In this document: piece by piece, positions 11,160 through 22,885 of the stretch
Layout of the letters: every line of letters starts with the position of its first letter
Position numbering within the stretch: the first letter of the stretch is position 1
Assembly (NCBI GenBank): GCA_000004985.1
Contig: GG738881.1
Reading direction: 5' to 3' (one strand)
Length of the DNA stretch: 64,000 bases
Source: Naegleria gruberi
Taxonomy: Eukaryota
Made by a program: the position numbers and the translations under genes
The notes under the pieces: model-generated
What the model was told of the DNA's origin: nothing
Databases searched by the model: none
Seen by the model: only the letters and a program-made list of their open reading frames with translations

Positions 11160-12392
11160 TTAAAGTTTTCTAATTGAGATACCTCCCACAAAATCGCAAT
11201 ACTTATATGCTGGACTCCAAATTCCACTATCATATTCAGTAGGCAGAACTGTATCACAAACCATTCCCTTTGAAATAACACGAATGGAATCAACTGTTTT
11301 TCCAATATTTGGTAATCTCCAAAAGAGTGATTGAGTTTCACATGGAACAAATGAATCAATGAGAGGAATTTGTTCATTGTGAAGAATAGTTGCCTTTCCT
11401 TGAGAGTTTGGTGCTGAAAGAAGGGCAATTTCCAAATGTAAATTTTGAATGGTTGTTGTGAGAGGGAGATTGGTATCTCTCTTTGTAGAGGATGGTGGTG
11501 CAACACATGGATATTTGACCTTAATGTTAAAATCATTTTCCTTGACAGGTGTCATTGAAACATCTAATGGGAATGCAGCAACTGCAAAGAATGGTTTAAA
11601 ACATGTCTTGTCATCATTTGGCTCTGCATGTTTCCACATGTTACAAAAATCACTGACAGAATATCTGACTGTAGTTGGGTTTCCATCTCTATCCCAAGGA
11701 TCCAACATGATAATATGAGATACTTGATTATTTGATGTTTCGTATCCAACAGCAACTCTATAGTGTCCTGAAGATGTTGGACTATCTTTGAATTTCATTA
11801 AACACATTACAGGAATATCATTCTTCAAAAATTGATTGACCAAACTATCAACCCAACATTTAGTTGTGGTATCTTGTCTGGCTTGTTCACATGGCAACAA
11901 GGTATTTCTATCAGGATAATACAATGTAACCAAACCAGAATGCTCGAAAATATTTGCTGGAATTGATGCAAATGAATTATTTGCCAAACCAAACCAACCA
12001 TTCTTTGGAGAAACTTCTGGAAATTGGATATAATGTTGACTTTGAGGAGTAGAACTAATTGGTGAAAATCTAGCTCCTCTCACAACATCCAAACTCAATG
12101 TTCCTGAATGATTTGAAGTTCTAGCAACATCAATAATAGCTCTCTGATCAATAAACTTTTCTCTATAATAATACGAGAGCACCATATTCAAAGAGGCATC
12201 ACCACATGAATAATCTGTGATTTGATGCAAATATGGCACGTTCATAATTTTGTCTTTGAGTGGCGATATCATCTTCAATTCTGCTCCTCTCACCACCTCC
12301 TGGATTCCGAAGAAGCACACAACAATCATCATGACAATAAATGCATTAATAGGTGCACACCCATCAGAGTGATGACTCACTTTTGGAGACAT
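11160..12392 (-). CDS. Secreted/membrane-anchored peptidase C39-like (papain-fold) domain protein
   Basis: N-terminal hydrophobic segment, then ITDYSCGDASLNMVLSYYY ... SGHYRVAVGYE, which resembles the Cys and His blocks of Peptidase_C39_2-type domains. Single exon. Confidence 0.6.
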   Translation of the reverse strand: MSPKVSHHSDGCAPINAFIVMMIVVCFFGIQEVVRGAELKMISPLKDKIMNVPYLHQITDYSCGDASLNMVLSYYYREKFIDQRAIIDVARTSNHSGTLSLDVVRGARFSPISSTPQSQHYIQFPEVSPKNGWFGLANNSFASIPANIFEHSGLVTLYYPDRNTLLPCEQARQDTTTKCWVDSLVNQFLKNDIPVMCLMKFKDSPTSSGHYRVAVGYETSNNQVSHIIMLDPWDRDGNPTTVRYSVSDFCNMWKHAEPNDDKTCFKPFFAVAAFPLDVSMTPVKENDFNIKVKYPCVAPPSSTKRDTNLPLTTTIQNLHLEIALLSAPNSQGKATILHNEQIPLIDSFVPCETQSLFWRLPNIGKTVDSIRVISKGMVCDTVLPTEYDSGIWSPAYKYCDFVGGISIRKL

Positions 12393-13064
12393 TTTTTTGT
12401 AAGACTTGTCTCAGTCTTGAGCAGTAACATCTTATGTAATCTTCTTCTTTTATTCTCCTCAATAAGCACTTTTAGTCCTTTCTTATTGAATTTTCAATAA
12501 TAATTATCATCATGAATTTTTACAATGAATTTTACATTTTCAATATAAATATATTATGAATATTAATAACCAGTCCAAGTAGCTATGCTCATACAACCGT
12601 TCAATTATCCCAAAATGATTCTACAGTTCTCATATCGATTGTAGAAAAAACAAGAGTTTCTTATTCGTTCGGATTTTTTCTATATCTCTCCGGTTGATCA
12701 TGACTCTTTGAGTACAGAGAGAGAGTTGGTTTTCTATTTACCATTCCCATTCTCAATAATACGCCATTAATTGTTGCGATTGATCAGAATCAGATATTAT
12801 TATCAAAGCCTTTAATGTGTTTGTGAATGTTGCTGTTTTTTGTCGCTATTTTGCCTCTCTCTTGTAAACACCATTTCTGTTGTTTAAAAACAAATTTAAA
12901 AAAAAAGAAATTGCCATCTGTGGTTGTTTGCGTAGCGAATCACTCTTCTTTGAACATTGAAATTTTGTTCTACTACTCCTTTGTATATTAGTGATACACA
13001 ACTTTAAATTGGTTGTATTTGTAAAAAACTTAGTGTAAAATATTGTATATTTAAACTTATAGAA

Positions 13065-15427
13065 ATGAAGTCAACCATTAGATCGGGTGTTATTGGAAAG
13101 TTTAAGAATCAAAGCAAATTGTTGATGAGTGGAGTTTCATCATCACCACTTGTTATTGGTAACAAGAGATTGATCAACTCAACCATGAATAATTTAATGA
13201 TGGAAAAGAGGTCTTTTTCACAATGTGCCATTAAATTTAACAAGCCAGATTCCGAGATTCCTGATTCATTCGAAGAATCTTACAAAATGTCCATCGATTT
13301 CAAAACTGGTGGTGCTGAAAAGTTCTGGGCTGCTCAGGTAAGTTGTAATCTTTACTGTTTCTAATTATTACCATGTTTAGGCTGATGAGTTGAGTTGGAT
13401 TACTCCATACACAAGAGTACTCAACAATGACAATCCTCCATTCACAAAGTGGTTTGAAGGAGGCACTATTAATGCATGTTATAACTGTTTGGATGTTCAT
13501 GTTAATAATGGAAGAGGAGATCGGGTTGCTGTAATTTATGACAGTCCTGTATCAGCCAAATACAATAATGGACAACCTGTTGTAAGAAAGATCACCTATT
13601 CTGAGCTTTTGAAAAATGTTCAACTGCTTGCTAATGTTATGAAAACTAAATTTGGTGTTAAGGTAAGTTTGACCAGCTCAGTAATATTAAAAATATTCAG
13701 AAAGGTGACAGAGTAGTAATCTATATGCCAATGATTCCCCAAGCCCTAGAGGCAATGCTTGCCTGTCAAAGATTGGGTGCTATTCACTCTGTTGTTTTTG
13801 GTGGTTTTGCTAGTCATGAACTGGCAATTCGTATTCAAGATGCCACACCAAAACTGATTATTTCCTCATCATTTGGTCTTGAAGGAATGAATAAGACAAT
13901 TAATTATAAGGAAATTATTGACGATGCCTTTGTAAAGTCTGGAGAAGCTGCTAATGGATTAAAGTCTCTTATTTATCATAGAGAGAACTTACCAAAAGTC
14001 AATCTCCAAGAAGGAAGAGATTATGATTGGGAAACCTTAGTGAATGCTAAGGATAACAAACCAATGAAGGAAGTTGAAGCTGTTTCTTCAACTGATCCAA
14101 TGGTAAGTAATTTTCAACTATCTCAATTTCTTAAAGAAAAAAGTATCTTCTCTACACAAGTGGAAGTACAGGTAAGCCAAAGGGAGTCGTTCGTCCACTT
14201 GCTGCTCACTTGACAACTCTGAAATGGAGTATGAAATCAGTTTTTGGAATTGAGGAAAACGATGTCATGTGTGCGATTAGTGACATAGGATGGGTAGTAG
14301 GCCATAGCTATATTGTCTATGCTCCTTTATTGAAAGGTTGTACCACTGTCATGTTTGAAGGCAAACCAATTGGTACACCAGATTCTTCTGCCATTTGGAA
14401 ACTCGTATCTCAACACAAGGCCAACGTCGTCTTTTTTGCCCCAACAGCTGCTCGTGCCATTAAGAAGGAAGATTTGAATGGAGATCACATTCGTAATAAT
14501 GATCTGAGTAGTTTGAGAGCATTGTTTGTAGCTGGTGAAAGATGTGACACAAGTACCTTGTTTTGGTTACAAGAACACTTAAAGAGACCAGTCATTGATA
14601 ACTATTGGCAAACAGAAACTGGTAGTCCAATTTGCTCTGTTTCACTTGGTTATCAAAAGGATTATTCAAAGATTAAGGTAGCTCCAGGCTCTTGTAACAA
14701 ACCAGTACATGGATGGAATATTAAGATTCTTCCAATTGAACAAGCAGACCAAGAATTGGATACTAATCAACTCTCTGAACTTGCTGAACATAATGAGGGT
14801 TATATTGTTGCCAAGTGGTAAGTTAATTGTCAACTTTCTGAATTTCTTAATCAAAATAGTCCACTTCCTCCAGGATTCATGTCAACAGTTTGGGGTAATA
14901 ATGATAGATTTGTTGATGGATACTTCAAGACATTTGCTAAATATTATAAGGCAGGTGATGCTGGACATATGGATAAAGATGGAAATGTCTATGTCATGAC
15001 AAGAACTGATGATATTATCAATGTTGCTGCACACAGACTTTCTACTGCAGAAATGGAAGAATTATTACTTAGACTTCCAGAAGTTGCTGAAGCAGCTGTA
15101 ATTGGTATTAAGGATGAATTGAAAGGGCAAATTCCTATTGGTTTTGTCGTTCTCAATGAAAAATTCAAACATGTTCCAAGAGTTGAAATTGAAAAAAGAT
15201 GTGTTGAAACCATTCGTAAGAATATTGGTGCAGTTGCTGTTTTCAAAATCGTCATGATTTGTGAAAAGTTGCCAAAGACTCGTTCTGGTAAGATTTTAAG
15301 AGGAATAATGAGACACATTGCCGACGGAGAGAAGTATGTATTCCCATCAACCATTGAAGATGCTACTGTTCTTACTGATATTGAAAGAGTTTTGGCTGAA
15401 CATAATCTTCCAGCTCCATCTAATTAA
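13065..15427 (+). CDS. Short-chain acyl-CoA synthetase (acetate/propionate-CoA ligase, ACSS-family AMP-binding enzyme). Exons 13065..13337, 13381..13662, 13701..14102, 14144..14817, 14860..15427
   Basis: Spliced product contains YLLYTSGSTGKPKGV (AMP-binding motif I), WQTETG, and the C-terminal GKILR motif. It aligns throughout with ACS/PrpE-type ligases. Four introns of 41-43 nt with gtaagt donors. Confidence 0.85.
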
Positions 15428-15541
15428 ATAAATTCTAATAATCAAAATATTTGAATATTCGATTGACCATTCAACGATTAACTTGATCAAAAAATAATAT
15501 TAAATTAATTGGCGTTTTGGATAATTCAATTAATTAAAAAA

Positions 15542-17329
15542 ATGTCGGAAGGAAATACTCCACAAACATTGTCATCCAATAATAACATCGTTGAACAGGA
15601 AGTGAATGATTTTATTCAGAGAGGAAATAAATTAGTGTATGAAGGCAATATTACGGAGGCTGTTGAAGTTTTCAGTAAAGCCATTGAAATTGCACCAGAT
15701 AATCCATTTGTTTATGATATGAGAGCTTCGGGTATGTGGATTTATTTATCATGGCAATAATTAATCATCATTAATTAGCCTACATTTTGATGGATGAATA
15801 TGAGAAGGCTGTATTTGATGCTGAGAAATCTATTGAAATTAAACCTTCATGGTCTCAAGGATATTTCAGAAAGGGTTTAGCTTTATCACTTGTTGGAGAT
15901 ATGGAAGCAGCAATTAATACTTTAAATGCTGGTTTGGAAGTCAATCCAAAGCATGCATCCATGATCAAATTGAGACAAGATTTATTGGATTATGTCAGTC
16001 AAAATAATGAGGAAAATGTAAATATTCTTGGAGGTGATGATTTGGAACCATTTACTGATGATGAAAAACTTCCAGTTACAATTTTGAGTGGATTTCTTGG
16101 AAGTGGAAAAACCACTCTTCTCAATCACATTTTACAAAATAAGGAAGGTCTCAAAGTTGCTGTTGTTGTAAATGATATGAGTGAAGTCAATATTGATGCT
16201 GAATTGGTGAATCAATCTAGTGCATTGTCTCGTGTTGATGAAAAGATGGTTGAAATGACCGTAAGTATTTCATTAACTACTACTGTGTTAATTCTTGAAC
16301 CTCCTTCAGAACGGATGTATTTGTTGTACATTGAGAGAGGATTTACTTCAAGAGGTTGGTAAATTGGCCAAGCAAAAGAAGTTTGATTATCTCCTCATTG
16401 AATCAACAGGCATTGCTGAGCCATTGCCAATCGCCCAAACATTCTTCTTCCAAGACCAGAGAGGTAAAATGCTTTCACATTACACAAGATTGGATACTTT
16501 GGTGACTGTTATTGATTGTTTTAATTTTATGAAAGATTACACAAGTGATTCTACATTGGCCACAAGAAACATGGGAATTAACGATAATGATAATAGAAAT
16601 GTTGTGGATCTCCTTTTGGACCAAATCGACTTTGCCAATGTCATTATTTTGAACAAGACTGATTTGATTAGTGAAAAGAAATTAGGAAAACTCGAAGCAA
16701 TTATTAAGAAATTGAATAATGATGCTGTAATTATCAAGTCTGAATATTCAAAGGTTGACCTCAGGTCCATACTTAATACCAAACTCTTTGATTATGAAAA
16801 GGCTCTCAAAACACCAGGATGGATTAAAGAGCTTCAAAAAGAACACACCCCAGAAACTGAAGAGTATGGAATCAGTTCGTTTGTATATAGAAGAAGAAAA
16901 CCATTTGTACCACAAAAGTTATATGATTGCATCCATGATGGAAAACTCAAAGGTATAATTAGGTCAAAAGGATTTTTCTGGCTTGCCAGTGATAATAGCA
17001 CACTTTATGAGTGGGCAACTGCTGGGCAAACATTTTCCTTTGCTCCAAAATCAGTTTGGTTTGCATCCCTACCTGAGGAAAAGAAGCAACAAATTCCAAA
17101 TGAGAAGGTTGAAGAAATTCTTCGGGAAACCAAATATGAAGGAAAATTCGGAGATAGAAGACAGGAAGTTGTGTTTATAGGAAGTAATATGAATAAGGAA
17201 GAATTAATAGACACTTTGGATCAATGTTTACTCACAGATGAAGAGATGACTTTGGAAATGACTGAATGGGAAAGTAACTATGCCAATCCATTCAAAGAGT
17301 TCATGCATCAACACAAACACCAAGACTAA
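15542..17329 (+). CDS. TPR-repeat plus CobW/ZNG1-family GTPase (metallochaperone-type). Exons 15542..15731, 15779..16260, 16310..17329
   Basis: N-terminal TPR-like repeats. P-loop [23 protein letters not shown] metal-binding motif after the second intron. C-terminal CobW_C-like region with His-rich tail HQHKHQD. Confidence 0.8.
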
Positions 17330-17517
17330 CAAGTTCAATAAATGAGCTTATTCACACCTATATAAACAACAGGAGAGAAGACATAAATATTTGGCCCAAA
17401 ATCTCTTTGGGGTTCTAATTGATTATCCGTTCTAACTCACCTAAGCCTTATTATGAAATTTTGTCTTATTGGAGCTTAAACAAAATATGCAAAGCTACAT
17501 AAAAGTTCAACCTACAA

Positions 17518-17530
17518 TTTGGCGGCAAAA
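17518..17530. promoter_or_regulatory. E2F-like motif TTTGGCGGCAAAA upstream of the Myb gene
   Basis: Matches the TTTSGCGS consensus and lies about 300 nt upstream of ATG 17833. Confidence 0.3.
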
Positions 17531-17832
17531 GCAAACTTCCACAAGAATATCAGGTAACGGGAGAAATATTCTCTTGTTGAATGCAATAGAAATTTTTCTT
17601 GCATCGAATATTCTCTCCAACTTTTAAATAAAAATATCTCCAATTCATCTCGTACGAGATTCTACCTCCTCACCATCATCTTGCGCTAATTGTTCTGGCC
17701 ACAGATTAAATTCTTCATCATCATCTTGAAATTAAGTGGATATTCTTCCAATCTGATAAATCAAATAACCTTTTACTAACTAACGTTTATTGATCATCAT
17801 CAATTTAGTATATATGGAATTTTTCTTTACCG

Positions 17833-19263
17833 ATGTCTAACCAATTCAAGAAGAATAACAATAATACCAACAACAATTCTGATACAAACCAACCAATCAG
17901 ATTGAGCAATATTTTAGATCTGCGAGGTGTTAACGATACATTGCCAGACAATTACATCCAACCTTCTAACCGAAGTGGAAATCAACAAAATAATAACAAC
18001 AATACACCAATGGTAAGCCTGGATAGCATATTGGGTATACGAAATTCATCAACCCTATCTGATAATCCAAATCTCTATCAAGGTCATATTAACTTCCATC
18101 ACAGTGTACATCATGATGGCCATCATGTAATAGACCATGTTGATCCCGATCTCCACCAACAAGAACAACAAAGATTAAGAATGTTTAACTCTGCTGGAGG
18201 TGGTGGAGCCAGTAATGGATTGCCTTCAATACCAAACCTTCCACAAAATATGAGTTCAATTCTTAACACCAATGAATCGTCCAACAATAATAATAATAAT
18301 AATTCGAACATTAGAAATACCAGTGCAGATCATCCAAATAACTATAATTCATATCAACAATCCTCCAATTCTATGCAAAGTTATACTAATAATAATAATA
18401 ACACTAGCAGTAATAGCTACTTTAACAATAATTCAAATAACTATATGCAACAACAGTCCTATACTAATAATAACAATAATAATAATAACAACAGTAATAA
18501 TAACAACTACTTTGATAACACAAGCCAATATTCCAATAACCAAAACAGTAATAACTATAACAACTTTAACAGCAATGGTTTTAATGCATTTACAAATAAT
18601 AATAATAATGGCAATGGTAACTTTTACGAAAACAATAATAATAATAACAATAACAATAATAACAGAAATAATAACAATGGTGGAGGTCAAGATGACTATT
18701 CTCAAGATGTTATTGTTTTGGTTGTTGAACAACAAAAGAGAATTTATCAATTAGAAGAAGAATTGCAACGAGCTCAGGATTATATTAACAAACTTCAAGA
18801 GTATGTCACTTATCTTGAATCTGAAAAAGAAAAGAATTCCAAGAAACAAAGTAGATACTGGACTCAAGAAGAACACAAGTTATTCTTAGAAGGTATTGAA
18901 AAGTATGGCAAGAAGGATGTTAAAGCTATTGCTAATTTTGTTGGAACCAGAAATGCTACCCAAGTAAGGACACACGCTCAAAAATACTATGCCAAGATTG
19001 ATAGGGAACAAAAGAAACACAGAGAAAAGAAATTGCAAGAAGCAAAGAAAAGAGTTAGTGATAAGCAAGAAAAGAAAAAGTCGAAACGAAAGAAGAAGAA
19101 ATATGATGACGATGAAGATAGTTTATCTAATGCAGATTCCTCAAATCAAGACTTTATGGGCAGTAATTCTTCGAGTTTGAGCGACGTAGAACCAAAAGAT
19201 GATGTAGAACCAATTCTTGACTCGACACCACACCAACAATTGACTGAAACCACCCTTACATAA
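17833..19263 (+). CDS. SHAQKYF-class Myb-like DNA-binding protein with long poly-Asn tracts
   Basis: WTQEEHKLFLEGIEKYGKKDVKAIANFVGTRNATQVRTHAQKYYAKI is a single Myb/SANT repeat of the SHAQKYF type. Preceded by a coiled-coil and extensive N-rich low complexity. Single exon. Confidence 0.8.
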   Translation: MSNQFKKNNNNTNNNSDTNQPIRLSNILDLRGVNDTLPDNYIQPSNRSGNQQNNNNNTPMVSLDSILGIRNSSTLSDNPNLYQGHINFHHSVHHDGHHVIDHVDPDLHQQEQQRLRMFNSAGGGGASNGLPSIPNLPQNMSSILNTNESSNNNNNNNSNIRNTSADHPNNYNSYQQSSNSMQSYTNNNNNTSSNSYFNNNSNNYMQQQSYTNNNNNNNNNSNNNNYFDNTSQYSNNQNSNNYNNFNSNGFNAFTNNNNNGNGNFYENNNNNNNNNNNRNNNNGGGQDDYSQDVIVLVVEQQKRIYQLEEELQRAQDYINKLQEYVTYLESEKEKNSKKQSRYWTQEEHKLFLEGIEKYGKKDVKAIANFVGTRNATQVRTHAQKYYAKIDREQKKHREKKLQEAKKRVSDKQEKKKSKRKKKKYDDDEDSLSNADSSNQDFMGSNSSSLSDVEPKDDVEPILDSTPHQQLTETTLT

Positions 19264-19569
19264 TTGACCTTAAATGTTTCCCAAGAATATTTGGAAACAT
19301 TGGCACTGAGCTGTTCTCTTTTGTTTTGTGTGTGAAAATATGTTGCTTTCTTAAACAACAGAAAATAAACAAATCTTGAAAATGTTATTTGCTAATAATT
19401 ATTGGTATTGACTTTTTAATTGGTCACCACTTGAAGATTGTTATCATCATCATAAAATATTTGCAACAACAGGATGGAAAATTTCAGTGATAAGAGAACA
19501 GCCAAGATTCTCTTGTTGTTGGAATTTTATTGTGCTTTAAAAAAAAATTTCTCTCAATAGCAGTGAAAG

Positions 19570-20636
19570 ATGTCGTCTTCACCTTCATCATCGTCATCAA
19601 ATGAAGAGTTTTCATCTTTTAGAAAAGTGCTGATTTCCATAGCTAGTTATAATGTTGAAATTGGTTATAGTATTTGTGGAGGTGTAAGTGGTACTGTGAG
19701 TAGAACAGTGGCTGCTCCATTTGAGAGACTTAAAATTCTCTTCCAAGTACAAGATCTTTCCGTACAAAAGCCAACAGGAAAAGATGTTAAATATAATGGT
19801 ATAATAAGAAGTTTAATTAAAATCGGAAAGGAAGAAGGTATTTCGGGATATTTCAAAGGAAATGGTAGTAATGTTGTTCGTATCGTTCCATACACCGCTG
19901 TGCAATTTGTTTCATATGAAAAGTATAAAGAATGGATGATGAATATGAATCCAGATGGCCGATTAACAACCTGGCAAAGATTAAATTGTGGTGGTTTGGC
20001 TGGTATGACTTCAGTTATCGTCTCCTATCCTTTGGATGTTGTTAGATGTAGATTGAGTGCACAATATGAACCTAAAATTTATCATGGTATTAATCATGCT
20101 CTTAAACTTATTTATCAAACAGAGGGAATTAAAGGATTATATAGAGGAATTGTTCCAACATTGCTAGGTATTGCACCTTATGTTGCTCTCAATTTTACAA
20201 CTTATGAACATTTGAAAGTTAAGAGTCTTGAATATTTAGGATCGGATAATTTAGGAGTTGTTACAAAATTGGTTTTGGGTGCTGTTAGTGGTACTTTTGC
20301 TCAAACTGTCAGTAAGTAATTAATTCAAGTATTATTATTACAATATTATTAATTACAATTTTATTAATTTAATACTTATTAATAATATTAGCCTATCCAT
20401 TTGATGTCGTTAGAAGAAGAATGCAAATGGTTGGTATGAGTGGAGCTGAAGAGCTGCCAAAGACAATGCCTAGTGCATTCCGTCAAGTTTATCAAAAATA
20501 TGGTTTCACTGGATTCTACAAGGGTCTCCTTTCAAATTATATGAAAGTTATACCTGTAGTTTCAATTAACTTTGTTGTTTATGAATATATGAAGATTTTC
20601 CTTGGTTTGGCTAAGAGTGGAAGTGGTGAAGTTTAA
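19570..20636 (+). CDS. Mitochondrial carrier family protein (SLC25A16/A42/Leu5-like). Exons 19570..20311, 20392..20636
   Basis: Three carrier repeats with PFERLKILFQ, PLDVVRCRL and PFDVVRRRMQ signatures. One 80-nt very AT-rich intron with a gtaagt donor. Confidence 0.85.
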
Positions 20637-20706
20637 ATGGGAATGATAATAATAGGTGTTTAGTTTGGAGATACGAGTAGTTCTGTAAAAAAAAATTGTA
20701 TTGAAA

Positions 20707-22002
20707 TTATTGTTTCTTCTTCTTTTTCTTTGTAGATTCTTCACTTTTCTCTTTCTTTCTCTTCTTTTTGACAGCGGTAGCTGCTGGTTCTTCAACAACA
20801 GGTACTGGCTCAGTTTCACCATATTCTGGTAGAACTGGTCTGCCATAGAGAGACATGTATTTGTCAAAGAGTGGTTTGAGACCTTCAAATGCTTCATGTA
20901 CTTTTCTGGTTGGCATTAAGGATGCAATTCCAACACCAAGCGTTTCAGCCACAGCATAGTGGTACTCGTAGTCATCATAATCTGAAATTAAAAAGCTTCT
21001 ATTATATGCTTTTCCTCTCTTGAGTTCTCCAACAATAAATGAATCAAATTTGGAGATACTCTCGTCAATTGGGGCCATAATTTCTTCATCCACTGTAAAG
21101 ACAGCCGGCGTGGAAGCTAATCTCATTTCTTCTTGATCTTTTCTTAATTTTTCATTTAGCTGAGCTTCTCTTCTTAGCTTTTCCTTTTCTTCTTTTTGCT
21201 TTTGTTTGATTTTTTGCTGCTCCTCTTCTTCTCTCTTCTTTTTAATTTGTTCAATTTTTTTTAATTGTTCTCTTAGTTCATTTTCTTTCTTTTCCACTTC
21301 AGATGATCGTGAAAAAAGAGCTTCCAAATTTTGTTTTCTCCTCACTTCATAATCGTAATCATAATCTACACTTAATATTGGATGTGTCATTAACTTCTCT
21401 TTTGGAATACCCTTTGCTCTTTGTTTTAATATTGCTCGTGAGATGTCATAATATCTCTTCTTTAAATCTTCCACTGAACGTTTAATTGCAGATTCCTTGC
21501 TTTTCAATTCACTTGAACAAAACCTGTCATGTACAACAATAAAACGTAAATCAAATGTTTTACAAAGTGAAAATAATAAATCAGTTTCTTCTCTTGTCCA
21601 ATCACTTTTTTCATCCATAGGTTCTATTATATTTTTATAATCATCATCCGAATATTGAAAAACTCTAGCCTTTTTGTTTAAAACTTCAAAAGGATAATTC
21701 AACTCCACAGGTTCATCGTCATCATCATCATCAACTCTAACCCAATGATAAAACACAGCCCCATCATCCCTAGCATTATTTATAAAAGGTTTCCATCTCC
21801 ATTTATCTGTTGTTTGTACAATCTTTCTCTTTTGTGTTGATCGGAGTGGTGTTTCCGATATCCTAGTGGCTGTTGTTGGGCTTTTAAATGGTGTTCCTTC
21901 TTTTAAAGTTTTGGCTGTACTCTTTGGTGGAGTTTGAAGAATTTGATCAAGTGCTGATTTTTTGGAGTGTTGAACACCCAACAAATCGGCATAATCACTC
22001 AT
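20707..22002 (-). CDS. DMAP1/SWC4-family protein (SANT domain, NuA4/SWR1 subunit homologue)
   Basis: WTREETDLLFSLCKTFDLRFIVVHDRF matches the DMAP1/Swc4 SANT domain. Acidic N-terminal stretch, K/E coiled-coil, basic C-terminus. Single exon. Confidence 0.75.
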   Translation of the reverse strand: MSDYADLLGVQHSKKSALDQILQTPPKSTAKTLKEGTPFKSPTTATRISETPLRSTQKRKIVQTTDKWRWKPFINNARDDGAVFYHWVRVDDDDDDEPVELNYPFEVLNKKARVFQYSDDDYKNIIEPMDEKSDWTREETDLLFSLCKTFDLRFIVVHDRFCSSELKSKESAIKRSVEDLKKRYYDISRAILKQRAKGIPKEKLMTHPILSVDYDYDYEVRRKQNLEALFSRSSEVEKKENELREQLKKIEQIKKKREEEEQQKIKQKQKEEKEKLRREAQLNEKLRKDQEEMRLASTPAVFTVDEEIMAPIDESISKFDSFIVGELKRGKAYNRSFLISDYDDYEYHYAVAETLGVGIASLMPTRKVHEAFEGLKPLFDKYMSLYGRPVLPEYGETEPVPVVEEPAATAVKKKRKKEKSEESTKKKKKKQ

Positions 22003-22270
22003 TTTTTTTTAAATATTTAATAATTTATAATAATAATATTTTTAAATAGTTAAATATTAGTTTGTATATTAATTGAAGCAATAGAAATTGTAATCTTTAG
22101 TTCATTGATAATCTGTGAGAATTTCAATAATAATAATATTAATATTTAAAATTGTTTTTTAATAAAGGTTACAAAAAAAGGAAGGAGAACGGAGTTGGGG
22201 GAAAAAACAGCTGATTGATCATTCTGATCATCAACACACGTGATCACAATAAGTATCATCAGGGATTAAT

Positions 22271-22669
22271 TTACCCAAGAGTATTTTGACCACTGTATGT
22301 TACATAAAGGAAACCATCTTCATCCCTATATCTCTCATAAACATTACTCATTACATCAGTTTGTAATAATAAAACATCACGGCCCACAAAGAAGAAGAGA
22401 GATGTCGTTTCATTCAATGATAATCTATTTCTAACAACCATTACGAATTGACTCACAGTTAAATCAGCAGGTACCAGATACTTATTCTTATCAATGGATG
22501 GCAAATCCTTTTCAACTGATGATTTTTCGCAAATCACAGGAATACGATCACTGTATTTCTCTCTAACCTTCTTTGATTCTTCCATTCTTTCTGAGAGAGT
22601 TTTTTGTTCTTTAAAGATTTTACCAGTCTTGGTGATTGGTTTAACAGAGGGTATTAAATTTGGATCCAT
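22271..22669 (-). CDS. atg8: Autophagy-related ubiquitin-like protein Atg8
   Basis: 132-aa protein colinear with Atg8/GABARAP (SDRIPVICEK...KYLVPADLTVSQFVMVVRNRL...SLFFFV...YVTYSGQNTLG), with the conserved C-terminal Gly present. Confidence 0.9.
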   Translation of the reverse strand: MDPNLIPSVKPITKTGKIFKEQKTLSERMEESKKVREKYSDRIPVICEKSSVEKDLPSIDKNKYLVPADLTVSQFVMVVRNRLSLNETTSLFFFVGRDVLLLQTDVMSNVYERYRDEDGFLYVTYSGQNTLG

Positions 22670-22885
22670 TGTTGTTGTAGAGTTATTGTTGTTGTTGGCT
22701 ATTTTTTTGTGTAAATTTGCTCTCTAATTGGAACTATTAATAATTTCGTTAATGTTCTAATTGGAAGTCGTAATGGAACATGATTGGAAATAGACAGGTT
22801 CTTAAGGACGATACATACCATTAACGAATCTTTGGCCGATGTTAGAAGATGTCCTTAATAAAGAGTGAATCAGTGGTTGTTTTAT

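Noticed and set aside
17765-17790. CCTTTTACTAACTAAC resembling U5 snRNA loop or yeast branch-point TACTAAC
   Set aside because: No surrounding snRNA secondary structure or Sm site. It is most likely a chance AT-rich match in the Myb gene's 5' flank.
18272-18754. 160-aa plus-strand and 105-aa minus-strand ORFs rich in Ile/Thr/Val
   Set aside because: Off-frame or antisense readings of the (AAT)n/(AAC)n poly-Asn repeat of the Myb gene.
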